64,000 bases of DNA from positions 768,561-832,560 of the forward strand of contig CAVZLN010000003.1 of the NCBI GenBank assembly GCA_963776245.1, in the 5' to 3' direction. This document shows, piece by piece, positions 29,520 through 37,891 of this stretch. The notes under the pieces were generated by a model. It saw only the letters and a program-made list of their open reading frames with translations. It was not told the DNA's origin and searched no databases. Within the stretch, counting starts at the first letter, position 1. Every line of letters starts with the position of its first letter. Origin of the DNA: Candidatus Eiseniibacteriota bacterium. Its GTDB lineage: Bacteria; Eisenbacteria; RBG-16-71-46. The translations under genes were made by a program, and so were the position numbers.

Positions 29520-29666
29520 GGGTTCCTCCGCACGGCATTCCACTCGCGACAGGGGGTCCGGCAAGGCCGGTTCTCTGTGTGGATGGCCGAGGTGCTCGCG
29601 CGATGCCGACGAACTGGGTGCGGGCCCCGGAGTTCGCCGGCGCCTGACCCGGGCCCGGCGGGGCAG

Positions 29667-30695
29667 TCAGTCCATCCAGCGCAGGTCGGTCCCCGCCGCG
29701 AGCGTGACGGCCGGGAAGTTCCAGCGCCAGGCCTGCACCGAGCCGCGGTCGGGTTCGAGCCACAGCACGCCGACGTCGCGCCGGCCCGTGGCGAATCGCT
29801 CCGCGTCCGAACGGCCCATCACCCAGAGGGCCCGCGCCAGCGCCTGGGCGCGCGCCGCCGAGCGCGCCACCACGGTGACCGACGCATCGGAGAACACCGG
29901 CATCCCGGAGCGCGGATCGAGGGTGCGCGACCGCGGGCCGAAGGTGGCGACCGCCGCCTGTCGTACGTACAGGTGGAGCAGCACGCGCCCGGGCTCCAGC
30001 GGGTCGGGCACCAGGAGCCCCCAGCCGTCGCCCTCGTCGGCGAACGCCGCCGTGACCTCGCCCAGCTCGAGGCGGGCACGCCGCATGCCCCCGGCGCGCA
30101 GCGAGTCGAGCGCACGGTCGAGGGCGACCCCGGGGCCCACGCCCCCGAGATCGAGTGCCATGCCGACGCGGGGGAAGCGGACCGCGCGCGCGCCGGGCTC
30201 GAGATGGAGCAGCCGCCAGCCGCTGCACTCGCGCGCGCGGTTCAGTGCCGCGGGGTCGGGGCGCGCGGTGCCGGACTCGTCCCACGCCCGCTCCAGGGGC
30301 AGCGCGGTCGGGTCGTAGGTCCCGTCGCTCTCCTGCGCCACGGCGAGCGCCGCGGCCAGCGCGCTCCACAACGCGGGCGAGCACTCGACCAGCGAGTCGG
30401 ACGCGGCCGCATCGAGGCGGGACAGCTCGCTGGTGGGACTGCCGCGATCGAGCGCGGCGCTCAGTCCGGCGAGGTCGTCCAGCGCCCCGGCGAGCACCGC
30501 GGTGGCGTGCGCGCGCAGGCGGGCTTCGGCCAGCGCGATGCACGTGGTTCCGAACGCGGGCCGGGTCGCCTCGGCCATCTCGAGCACCCGCGTCCTGGGC
30601 TCGGGTCGCGGCTTGGCGAGCGATGCGGATGCGAGCACGAGCGCGGCCACCGCGATCCAGCCCGCGGCGATGCGGATGCCCTTCGAGCGTGCCAT
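29667..30695 (-). CDS. apbE: FAD:protein FMN transferase (ApbE family), exported
   Basis: Signal peptide MARSKGIRIAAGWIAVAALVLASASLA, then an ApbE-like body (…MALDLGGVGPGVALDRA…). SD GGGAGGGA precedes the ATG. Confidence 0.8.
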   Translation of the reverse strand: MARSKGIRIAAGWIAVAALVLASASLAKPRPEPRTRVLEMAEATRPAFGTTCIALAEARLRAHATAVLAGALDDLAGLSAALDRGSPTSELSRLDAAASDSLVECSPALWSALAAALAVAQESDGTYDPTALPLERAWDESGTARPDPAALNRARECSGWRLLHLEPGARAVRFPRVGMALDLGGVGPGVALDRALDSLRAGGMRRARLELGEVTAAFADEGDGWGLLVPDPLEPGRVLLHLYVRQAAVATFGPRSRTLDPRSGMPVFSDASVTVVARSAARAQALARALWVMGRSDAERFATGRRDVGVLWLEPDRGSVQAWRWNFPAVTLAAGTDLRWMD

Positions 30696-30750
30696 GGATC
30701 CCTCCCGCGCGAGCCAGTACCGCGCCCACGCCCGCAGGTCAAACGCCGGG

Positions 30751-31335
30751 TCAGTGACCGTGGTGGCGCGGGGCATCGAGCATCAGCCACCACACCAGCA
30801 CCAGCAGCGCCTCGGCGTCGGGCAGCCGCCGGCCGGCGGCCTCGAGGCGCTGCTCGCCCTCGTAGCGGATGAAAGCGTGACGCATGCGCACGCCGAGCAA
30901 CTCGAACCCCTCGGCGTCCACGACCGACCCGCTGCGGGCGAAGAGCGCGGGCTTCCAGCGCAGCGCCGGGCCCGCGGCTCGCTCGATGCGGCCGCCGCGC
31001 AGCCAGCCCGGCCGGTAGCGGACCACCGGCTCGCGCTCGCCCTCGCGGAAGACCTCGTGGAGCCCGAGGAAGCCGCGGCGCCGCAGGCTCCAGCGCGTGT
31101 CGCCGGTGTCCACCACGGCGCGGCGCCGCAGGGCTCCCACGACCCGGAACGTGGCGAGGCGCTCGCCCTCCGACCACATCTCCCAGAACGGGGACCACCA
31201 GCGCCCGCACTGGCGCCACTCGAGCACGCCCGGCCGCGCGCCGATCGGCACGCGCGCGAAGCCGCCGGACGCCGCATCTCGGGGCGGCGGCGGCGCGGCC
31301 GCGGTGGCGATCATCAGTCGGGGACGGAATCTCAT
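30751..31335 (-). CDS. Hypothetical protein (194 aa), Trp/Arg-rich, with no recognisable domain
   Basis: ATG verified, the ORF fills the gap between the RHH and apbE genes, and GC3 bias is acceptable. The call is uncertain. Confidence 0.35.
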   Translation of the reverse strand: MRFRPRLMIATAAAPPPPRDAASGGFARVPIGARPGVLEWRQCGRWWSPFWEMWSEGERLATFRVVGALRRRAVVDTGDTRWSLRRRGFLGLHEVFREGEREPVVRYRPGWLRGGRIERAAGPALRWKPALFARSGSVVDAEGFELLGVRMRHAFIRYEGEQRLEAAGRRLPDAEALLVLVWWLMLDAPRHHGH

Positions 31336-31357
31336 CGCACACGCTCCATGGGGGCGC

Positions 31358-31552
31358 CTAGGCGCGGGGGGGACGCTTCGCGCTCGCGTCCCCGCCCGCG
31401 TCCTTCGGCAGCCGGCCGGACTCCTGCAGCGAGCGGCGCAGCACGAACTCGATCTGGCCGTTCAGGCTCCGCAGCTCGGCCGCCGCCCATCGCTGGAGGG
31501 CGTCGAGCAGCGCGGGGTCGACCCGCAGCAGGAAGGACTTCCGTTCAGCCAT
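31358..31552 (-). CDS. Arc/MetJ-type ribbon-helix-helix DNA-binding protein (64 aa)
   Basis: SFLLRVDPALLDALQRWAAAELRSLNGQIEFVLRRSL fits the Arc-family RHH pattern (F.LR.P..L.E.L…A…RS.N.EI…L). It starts 12 nt after the SPFH gene stop. Confidence 0.6.
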   Translation of the reverse strand: MAERKSFLLRVDPALLDALQRWAAAELRSLNGQIEFVLRRSLQESGRLPKDAGGDASAKRPPRA

Positions 31553-31564
31553 CGGCGGCTTCGC

Positions 31565-32437
31565 TCACTGGTAGAGCGTGCCGGCGTTCACCACCGGCTG
31601 GGTCTCGTGCTCGCTGCAGAGCACCACCAGCAGGTTGCTCACCATCGCCGCCTTGCGCTCCTCGTCGAGATTCACGATGCGCTTCGCGGACAGCTGTTCG
31701 AGCGCCATCTCGACCATGCTCACCGCGCCCTCGACGATCTTGGTGCGCGCCGCGATCACCGCCTGCGCCTGCTGGCGCCGCAGCATCGCGTTGGCGATCT
31801 CGGGGGCATAGGCCAGGTGGCTGATGCGCGCCTCGATGACCTCGACGCCGGCCTTCTGCAGGCGGGCCTGGATCTCGCCCCGCAGCAGGTCCGCGACCTC
31901 GGCGGTGTTGCCGCGCAGCGACATCTGATGGTCCTCGTGCGCGTCGTACGGGTGCCCGGTCGCCAGATTGCGCAGCGCGGACTCGGTCTGCACGTGCACG
32001 AAGTTCTCGTAGTTGTCCACCTCGAACAGCGCTTCGGCGGTCTCCACCACGCGCCACACCACCACCGCGGCGATCTCGATCGGGTTGCCGTCGTGGTCGT
32101 TCACCTTGAGCTTCGCGCTCTCGAAGTTGCGGATGCGCGACGAGATCTTGCGCTTGGTGTTGAACGGGTTCACCAGCCAGAGCCCCTGGCTCTTCAGGGT
32201 GCCGTTGTAGGTGCCGAACAGCACCAGCACGCGGGCCTCGTTGGGGTTCACGACGGTGAGCCCGTTGAGCGTGACGCCCGCCGCGACGAGCACCAGCATC
32301 ACGCCGATGATGGGCACCGGCCCGGCACCGGCCCGGCCGAGCCACACGGCGACGAACGGGAGCACCACGAACAGCGCGATGATCACGAACAGCGCGAAGA
32401 ACCCCGGCGAAGCGAGAGCCTCTCTCTCTTTGATCAT
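31565..32437 (-). CDS. SPFH/band-7 (stomatin/prohibitin-like) membrane protein
   Basis: N-terminal TM ([21 protein letters not shown]), then an SPFH core (…[24 protein letters not shown]…) and coiled-coil (…[22 protein letters not shown]…). SD AGGAAAGGAGG precedes the ATG. Confidence 0.85.
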   Translation of the reverse strand: MIKEREALASPGFFALFVIIALFVVLPFVAVWLGRAGAGPVPIIGVMLVLVAAGVTLNGLTVVNPNEARVLVLFGTYNGTLKSQGLWLVNPFNTKRKISSRIRNFESAKLKVNDHDGNPIEIAAVVVWRVVETAEALFEVDNYENFVHVQTESALRNLATGHPYDAHEDHQMSLRGNTAEVADLLRGEIQARLQKAGVEVIEARISHLAYAPEIANAMLRRQQAQAVIAARTKIVEGAVSMVEMALEQLSAKRIVNLDEERKAAMVSNLLVVLCSEHETQPVVNAGTLYQ

Positions 32438-32571
32438 GGACAGCCTCCTTTCCTGCGCTAGCAGTATGATATCACTCTGGTATCAGCGCAAGGCCGAATC
32501 CGGCGCCCATTGCCAGGCAAGAGGTTGCAGAGGAGCCCCCGCGCGCCCCGGGCACGCAAGCGCCGCCACCT

Positions 32572-33072
32572 TCAGCGCGTGAGCGCCTCGATCATCCCAC
32601 GGTGCAGCGGCCACCCCGCGAGCAACCGGTCGCGCGCCCCGGCCTCGAAGTCAGCGACCTCGAACCCCGGGGCCACCGTGGTGCCCATGAGCGCCCACGC
32701 GCCGCCCGCACGGAGCCGCGCGCCCTGCCACACCCCGCGCCGCACCGTGTGCTGCACCCGCTGCCCCGCGGCGAGGTCGTGCCCCAGCGCGGTCACGCGG
32801 CCCGTCCCGGACGGCTCGAGCTCGAGCAGCTCGACCGGATCGCCGAGGTAGAAGTGGAACACCTCGTCGGAGTTCACCCGGTGCATCCGTGACACCTCGC
32901 CCGGCTCGAGCAGGTAGAGGATCGCGGTGCCGAACGGGCGCGCCGAGGCGTAGCGCATGGGAAGCGCGCCGGCCGCGAGGGACTCGTCCGCGCGCCAGGT
33001 CTCGCGGAAGGAGCCGCCCTCGATCGTGAGCGGCTCCAGTCCGAGCAGCGCCTTGAGCTCCTTCGCGGTCAC
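32572..33072 (-). CDS. Cupin-domain protein (DUF985-like), 166 aa
   Basis: Beta-barrel motifs in the C-terminal part of ORF 32572..34851 (…VFHFYLGDPVELLELEP…GQRVQHTVRRGVWQGARL…). GTG start overlaps the upstream gene stop (GTGA). The rest of the 759-aa ORF is shadow. Confidence 0.6.
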   Translation of the reverse strand: MTAKELKALLGLEPLTIEGGSFRETWRADESLAAGALPMRYASARPFGTAILYLLEPGEVSRMHRVNSDEVFHFYLGDPVELLELEPSGTGRVTALGHDLAAGQRVQHTVRRGVWQGARLRAGGAWALMGTTVAPGFEVADFEAGARDRLLAGWPLHRGMIEALTR

Positions 33073-33581
33073 GCCGACTGCGGCGCGCGCGGCTGGTAGG
33101 CCGCCGCGTTGCCCGCGAAGTCCCACATCATCGGCGGCGCCGCGCCCAGCTGGCGCGCGTAGGCATAGAGCTGGCCGCGGTGGTGCAGATACTCGTCGTT
33201 CAGGATGCCGTAGCACATCCAGCCCGGGAACGGCATGCCCCAGGGCGTCTTCACCTGCGCGGCGAGCTGGGCGTCGGTGACCTGCCGCGTCGCGGCCTCG
33301 CCGGCGGTGTAACAGGCTTCGCAGAACGCCACCAGGTCCGCGGTGGTCGCCACCTTCACATGGCCCTCGCCGTAGTCGCGGATCTCGCCGCGGAGCACGC
33401 CCTCGGGCAGTTCCTTCACCATCGTGTAGACGTGCGTGACCAGCTCGGCCGGCGTGCGCATGCCGCGGATCGGATGGGCTTCGAGCTGGGCGTCGGGGAG
33501 CAGGGCCACCACGCGCAGGCCGATGCCATGGCGCTGGCGCAGCAGGTCCCACATGGCGAGACAGGTCCGAGCATCCATCAT
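33069..33581 (-). CDS. DinB/YfiT-family (DinB_2) four-helix-bundle protein
   Basis: …TPAELVTHVYTMVKE…DEYLHHRGQLYAY… is the DinB-family signature, with His ligands. The ATGATG start follows SD GGAGGAA. The 39 upstream codons in the ORF track (GTG start) are rejected. Confidence 0.7.
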   Translation of the reverse strand: MMDARTCLAMWDLLRQRHGIGLRVVALLPDAQLEAHPIRGMRTPAELVTHVYTMVKELPEGVLRGEIRDYGEGHVKVATTADLVAFCEACYTAGEAATRQVTDAQLAAQVKTPWGMPFPGWMCYGILNDEYLHHRGQLYAYARQLGAAPPMMWDFAGNAAAYQPRAPQSA

Positions 33582-33702
33582 GGGCGGATTCCTCCGTGGG
33601 GAAGAGCGCGTTCTGGGCCGCGCGTCGGCGGGCGCCGTGCCGCGGCAGGACGGACCATAGGCGGGGCCCGGGCCGAGGAGCAAGCGGCGCGGGGGCACCG
33701 CG

Positions 33703-34971
33703 ATGCGCTACCATGGGCGCCCCATGGACCGCACCTCCGTCGAGATCGCCGCGCTGGCGTTCCAGAGCGTGTTCACGCTGCTGATGGCGGGCGTGTACTA
33801 CATGCTCTGGCTGCGCCAGCACCGCGCGTACTTCGCCACCTGGGCCGCCGGCTGGGCGCTCTACGCCCTGCGGCTGCACTGCATCATGGTGTTCCTGCTG
33901 ACGCGGGCCGAGGTCTGGTTGTTCGTGCACCAGGCCATCACCGGGGTGAGCGCCCTGCTGCTGCTGTTCGCGGCCCTCCAGTTCTCGCGTGGCCTGCGCT
34001 GGCGGGGCCGCTACGCGTGGGCGGGCGTGGCGGCCGTGGCGTGGGCCGCGGTCGCCATCTTCGGCATCCACAACATGGCGGTGGCCGGCATCTCCGCCGT
34101 CATCCTGCTCTCGGGCGTGACGCTGTGGACCGGCTTCGTGTTCTTCCGCCACCGCTCCCTGCATCCCTCGCGCGGCGCCACCTTCCTGGCGTGGACCTTC
34201 ACGCTGTGGGGACTCCACCATCTCGACTATCCCCTCCTGCGCGGGTTCGGCAACGGCGTCCTCTACGGCGTGTTCGCGGACGTCCTGTTCATCATGGGAA
34301 GCGCGGTGGGCACCATGTTCCTGGTGATGGGCGAGGGCCGGCGCGCGCTCCAGGCCCGTACCCAGCAACTCGAACAGCTCACCCACCTCGTGCTGCGGGC
34401 CCAGGAGGAGGAGCGCCGGCGCATCGCGCACGCCCTCCACGACGAGGCCGGCCAGATCCTCACCGCGGTCAAGATCGAGCTCGACCTCGACGGGCGCACC
34501 GAAGCCGGCGCCATGGTCGGGCGCGTGCTCGCGCAGGTCCGCGACCTCTCGAACCTGCTGCGGCCGACGGTGCTCGACGACCTCGGACTGCTGCCCGCGC
34601 TGCGCGGCCTGGTCGAGGACTTCGCGCTGCGCACCCGCATCGAGGTGCGGCTCGACGGTCCCGAGGCGCTGCCGCCGCTCGCGCCCGACGTGGAAGTCGC
34701 GGTCTACCGGGTGGTGCAGGAGGCGCTCACGAACGTGGCGCGCCACGCGCGCGCGCACCGCGCCGACGTCCACCTGTCGCTCGCCGAGGGCGAGGTGCGG
34801 GTGCGGGTGGAGGACGATGGGCTCGGCATCGCGGGCGAGCCGGTGCCGCACATGGGGCTGCTCGGCATGCGCGAGCGCGTGACCGGACTCGGCGGACGGC
34901 TGACGGTCGGCAACGCGCCGGGCGCCGGGGCCCGCATCGAAGCCACCCTTCCCTTGGGAGCCGCCGCATGA
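33703..34971 (+). CDS. Membrane sensor histidine kinase (HisKA_3/NarX-type), about 6 TM helices
   Basis: H-box …RRRIAHALHDEAGQILTAVKIELD…, then HATPase_c N/G boxes (…EALTNVARHARAHRADV…VEDDGLGI…GLLGMRERV…). An alternative ATG lies at 33724. Confidence 0.8.
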   Translation: MRYHGRPMDRTSVEIAALAFQSVFTLLMAGVYYMLWLRQHRAYFATWAAGWALYALRLHCIMVFLLTRAEVWLFVHQAITGVSALLLLFAALQFSRGLRWRGRYAWAGVAAVAWAAVAIFGIHNMAVAGISAVILLSGVTLWTGFVFFRHRSLHPSRGATFLAWTFTLWGLHHLDYPLLRGFGNGVLYGVFADVLFIMGSAVGTMFLVMGEGRRALQARTQQLEQLTHLVLRAQEEERRRIAHALHDEAGQILTAVKIELDLDGRTEAGAMVGRVLAQVRDLSNLLRPTVLDDLGLLPALRGLVEDFALRTRIEVRLDGPEALPPLAPDVEVAVYRVVQEALTNVARHARAHRADVHLSLAEGEVRVRVEDDGLGIAGEPVPHMGLLGMRERVTGLGGRLTVGNAPGAGARIEATLPLGAAA

Positions 34972-35624
34972 CGCCGCGCAAGACCCGGGTGATGCTCACC
35001 GACGACCACGAGCTGGTGCGGGCCGGCCTGCGCCGCATCCTCGAGGCGCAGCCGGACCTGCTGGTGTGCGGCGAGGAGGCCGACGGCGAGTCCGCGCTCA
35101 GGACGCTCAAGACCCTCAAGCCCGACATGCTGGTGCTCGACCTCAGCATGCCCGGGCTCGACGGCTTCGAGGTGCTGCGGCGCGCCAAGAAGGCCCAGCC
35201 CGAGCTCAAGGTGCTGGTGCTCACCATGCATGCCAATCCGGAGTACGTCCAGCGCGCCATCACCGAGGGCGCCGACGGCTACCTGCTCAAGGACTCCGCG
35301 GTCCAGGACCTGGTCGCCGCCATCGAGGCGGTGAGCGAGGGGCGCGCGTACTACAGCCCCCAGATCCAGTCGCGACTCGCCGAGATCCTGCGCGCCGGCA
35401 AGGAGACCGAGCCGCGGCCCCTCGACGTGCTCACCGACCGCGAACGCGAGGTGCTCAAGCTGGTGGCCGAGGGCCTCGCCACCAAGGAGATCGCCGGGCG
35501 CTTCGACATCAGCGCCCGCACCGTCGAGACCCACCGCGCCAACATCATGCGCAAGCTCGATCTCCGTTCGGTGGCGCGGCTCACCCAGTTCGCCATCCGT
35601 GAGGGCCTCGTCGACGCTCCGTAG
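34968..35624 (+). CDS. Response regulator, NarL/LuxR family (REC + LuxR HTH)
   Basis: MLTDDHELVRAGLRRIL…LVLDLSMPGLDG is the receiver domain. …LTDREREVLKLVAEGLATKEIAGRFDISARTVETHRANIMRKL is the LuxR HTH. The ATG overlaps the kinase stop (ATGA). Confidence 0.9.
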   Translation: MTPRKTRVMLTDDHELVRAGLRRILEAQPDLLVCGEEADGESALRTLKTLKPDMLVLDLSMPGLDGFEVLRRAKKAQPELKVLVLTMHANPEYVQRAITEGADGYLLKDSAVQDLVAAIEAVSEGRAYYSPQIQSRLAEILRAGKETEPRPLDVLTDREREVLKLVAEGLATKEIAGRFDISARTVETHRANIMRKLDLRSVARLTQFAIREGLVDAP

Positions 35625-35739
35625 TCCTACGGACAGACCCTCCGCACTCTTGCGAATAGAGAAGCGAGCCTCCCGGTCCGTAACCTGTCTCAGGGGATCG
35701 CACCGCGCGATCCGGGGAGAGGCGTGGAGGGGGGGGCCG

Positions 35740-37890
35740 ATGGGAACTCACCTGAACCGGCACGACGCGACGGGCTCGCCCCGGCGCGCCAGCGCGCTTC
35801 CCGTCCTGGTGTGCGCGCTGCTCGCGGCCGCGTCCGCGCACGCGGCGGGCGTGGCCGACACGGTCACCGTGCTGCCGACGGTGCAGGTCGACGCCAACCA
35901 CGTGCCGCTCGGCACCCACGCCACCGGCACCGAGATCCGCCTCGACCGCGCGAAGCTCGCGCGCTTCATGCCCGCCACCGCGAGCGACGCGCTGGTCAGC
36001 GTGCCGGGCGTCGATCTGGTGAAGACCGGGCCGTGGGCCACCCGGGTCACGATGCGCGGGCTCTCGGGCGATCGCGTGCTGGTCATGGTGGATGGCGTGC
36101 GGCTCAACACCACGCGGGGCCACGGGGCGCAGGCCTCGCTGGTGGCGGTGGACGGGCTCGACGCGGTCGAGGTCGCCCCCGGCGCGGGCAGCGCTCAGTA
36201 CGGCTCCGGCGCGCTCGGCGGCGTGGTCAACTTCGTCACCCATCGGGCGCTCATCGAGCCGGTCGCGGGCCAGTCCCTGGTGCTCACGGTGCGCGGCTCC
36301 GATCCCGGCTCGACGTGGTCGCAGCGCGCGCGCTGGCGCCTCACCGGGCCGCGCTTCGGGCTCGAACTGTCGGGCGGCGCGGGCGCCCAGGCGTTCCTCA
36401 AGACCCCGGACTCGCTGGTCGCGAACAGCGGCAGCCGCGATCAGGACTTCGCGGGCCGGTTCGCGCTCCGGCTCGCCACCGCCACGCTCGACTACGAGCA
36501 CGCGCAGCGGCGCGGCTACGACATCGGCCTTCCGGCGTTCGGCGACCGGGCGGGGTCGCGCGGCGTGTATCCGCTCCAGCGGCGCGACCTCGACCGCGCC
36601 GAGCTCGTGGTGCCCGACTGGGCGCGCTTCGCGCCCGAGACCCGGCTGCTGGTGGTGGGGCAGGCCTTCGAGACCGATTTCGACGAACTCGTCGTGAGCC
36701 GGGTCACCCGGATCCGGCTCCCCATCCTCGAGTACGACTCCTCCGCGGATCGCGTGAGCACGCGGAACTGGAGCGTGCAGCCGTCGCTGCGATTCCCGCG
36801 CCTCGGCGGGCTGCGGCTGTCCGGCGAATGGCGCCGCGAGAAGACGCACGGACCGCGGACCACGGACACCCGGTTCACCACCCTGGCCGGCGTCCCGTTC
36901 GGAACGGCGACCACCACGCTGACCCAGACCGTCCCGCCCGCCTCCCTCACCCTCGGGTCGGGCGCGGTGTACGCGGCGCCGCGGTTCGGCCACGACGGCC
37001 GGCTGTGCCTCGAGGGCGGCGCCCGCTACGACGCGCAGTGGGCGCACGCGGACTCGAGCTACTCGCCGATCGACCCGACGCACCTGCTGCCCGCCAGCGA
37101 CCGCACCGAGCACCGCACCAGCGTCGAAGGCGGCACCAGCTACGACTTCGGCGGGTGGGAGCCGTACGCGCACGTCTCGACCGGGTTCCGCGCCCCGAAC
37201 CTCGACGAGCGCTACTACAACGGCTACATCCACGGGGCGCTCTACGTGTTCGGCGCCCGTTCCCTGCGGCCCGAACGCAACCTGTCGACCGACCTCGGAC
37301 TGAGGCTCCGCGGCCTCGGCCCGGTGTCGAACGCGCGGGTCTCGGTCTACCGCTACGAGGTCCAGGACCTCATCCAGATCACGGCCGGGTCGCTCTATCA
37401 GGGCGTGATGCGCTTCTCGTACGAGAACGTCCGGAGCGCCCGCATCGAGGGGGTCGAGGGCACCGCGCTGCTGCGTCTCGGCTCGTCCACGATCGGGCTC
37501 AGCGGGACCCTGCCGCGCGCCTACGAGCGCATCAACGCGGTGCGGAAGGGGCTCACCACCGACGCCGGGACCGCGCGGGCGTCGGTCGAGATGACGGTGC
37601 CCGTCACGAACATGGTGCCGCAGGGGCTGTTCTCGGTGCGCTGGCGCTGGAACGACGCGTTCCAGCCGCGCGTGGGGACCCTCGCCCAGCCTTCCTTCCA
37701 CATCACGTCCGCCGAGCTTTCGACCGCGATGGGCAGCACGCGCGTGGTGTTCGCCGTGAACAACGTGTTCGATCGCTCGTACCGCGAGCCGCTCAGCTAC
37801 ATCCCGGAGCCGGGCCGCGCGTTCTCGATGTCGGTGCGCCGGGAATTCGGCCGCCTGCTCCCCATCCGCAATTCCAAGAGGACCCCCTGA
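35740..37890 (+). CDS. TonB-dependent outer-membrane receptor
   Basis: Signal peptide ending AAASAHA. The plug domain reads …VTMRGLSGDRVLVMVDGVRLN…, and the C-terminal barrel ends …FAVNNVFDRSYREP…F. ATG verified. The 47 upstream codons in the ORF track are rejected. Confidence 0.8.
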   Translation: MGTHLNRHDATGSPRRASALPVLVCALLAAASAHAAGVADTVTVLPTVQVDANHVPLGTHATGTEIRLDRAKLARFMPATASDALVSVPGVDLVKTGPWATRVTMRGLSGDRVLVMVDGVRLNTTRGHGAQASLVAVDGLDAVEVAPGAGSAQYGSGALGGVVNFVTHRALIEPVAGQSLVLTVRGSDPGSTWSQRARWRLTGPRFGLELSGGAGAQAFLKTPDSLVANSGSRDQDFAGRFALRLATATLDYEHAQRRGYDIGLPAFGDRAGSRGVYPLQRRDLDRAELVVPDWARFAPETRLLVVGQAFETDFDELVVSRVTRIRLPILEYDSSADRVSTRNWSVQPSLRFPRLGGLRLSGEWRREKTHGPRTTDTRFTTLAGVPFGTATTTLTQTVPPASLTLGSGAVYAAPRFGHDGRLCLEGGARYDAQWAHADSSYSPIDPTHLLPASDRTEHRTSVEGGTSYDFGGWEPYAHVSTGFRAPNLDERYYNGYIHGALYVFGARSLRPERNLSTDLGLRLRGLGPVSNARVSVYRYEVQDLIQITAGSLYQGVMRFSYENVRSARIEGVEGTALLRLGSSTIGLSGTLPRAYERINAVRKGLTTDAGTARASVEMTVPVTNMVPQGLFSVRWRWNDAFQPRVGTLAQPSFHITSAELSTAMGSTRVVFAVNNVFDRSYREPLSYIPEPGRAFSMSVRREFGRLLPIRNSKRTP

Positions 37891-37891
37891 G

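Noticed and set aside
28156-30872. ORFs 28156..30729 (-) and 28980..30872 (+)
   Set aside because: Shadow frames spanning the Cys/DRY protein, cupredoxin and apbE genes. Those genes carry signal peptides, SD sequences and family motifs instead.
30461-31342. 293-aa minus-strand ORF overlapping apbE and the hypothetical 194-aa gene
   Set aside because: Out of frame with the ApbE signature, and Arg-rich low complexity.
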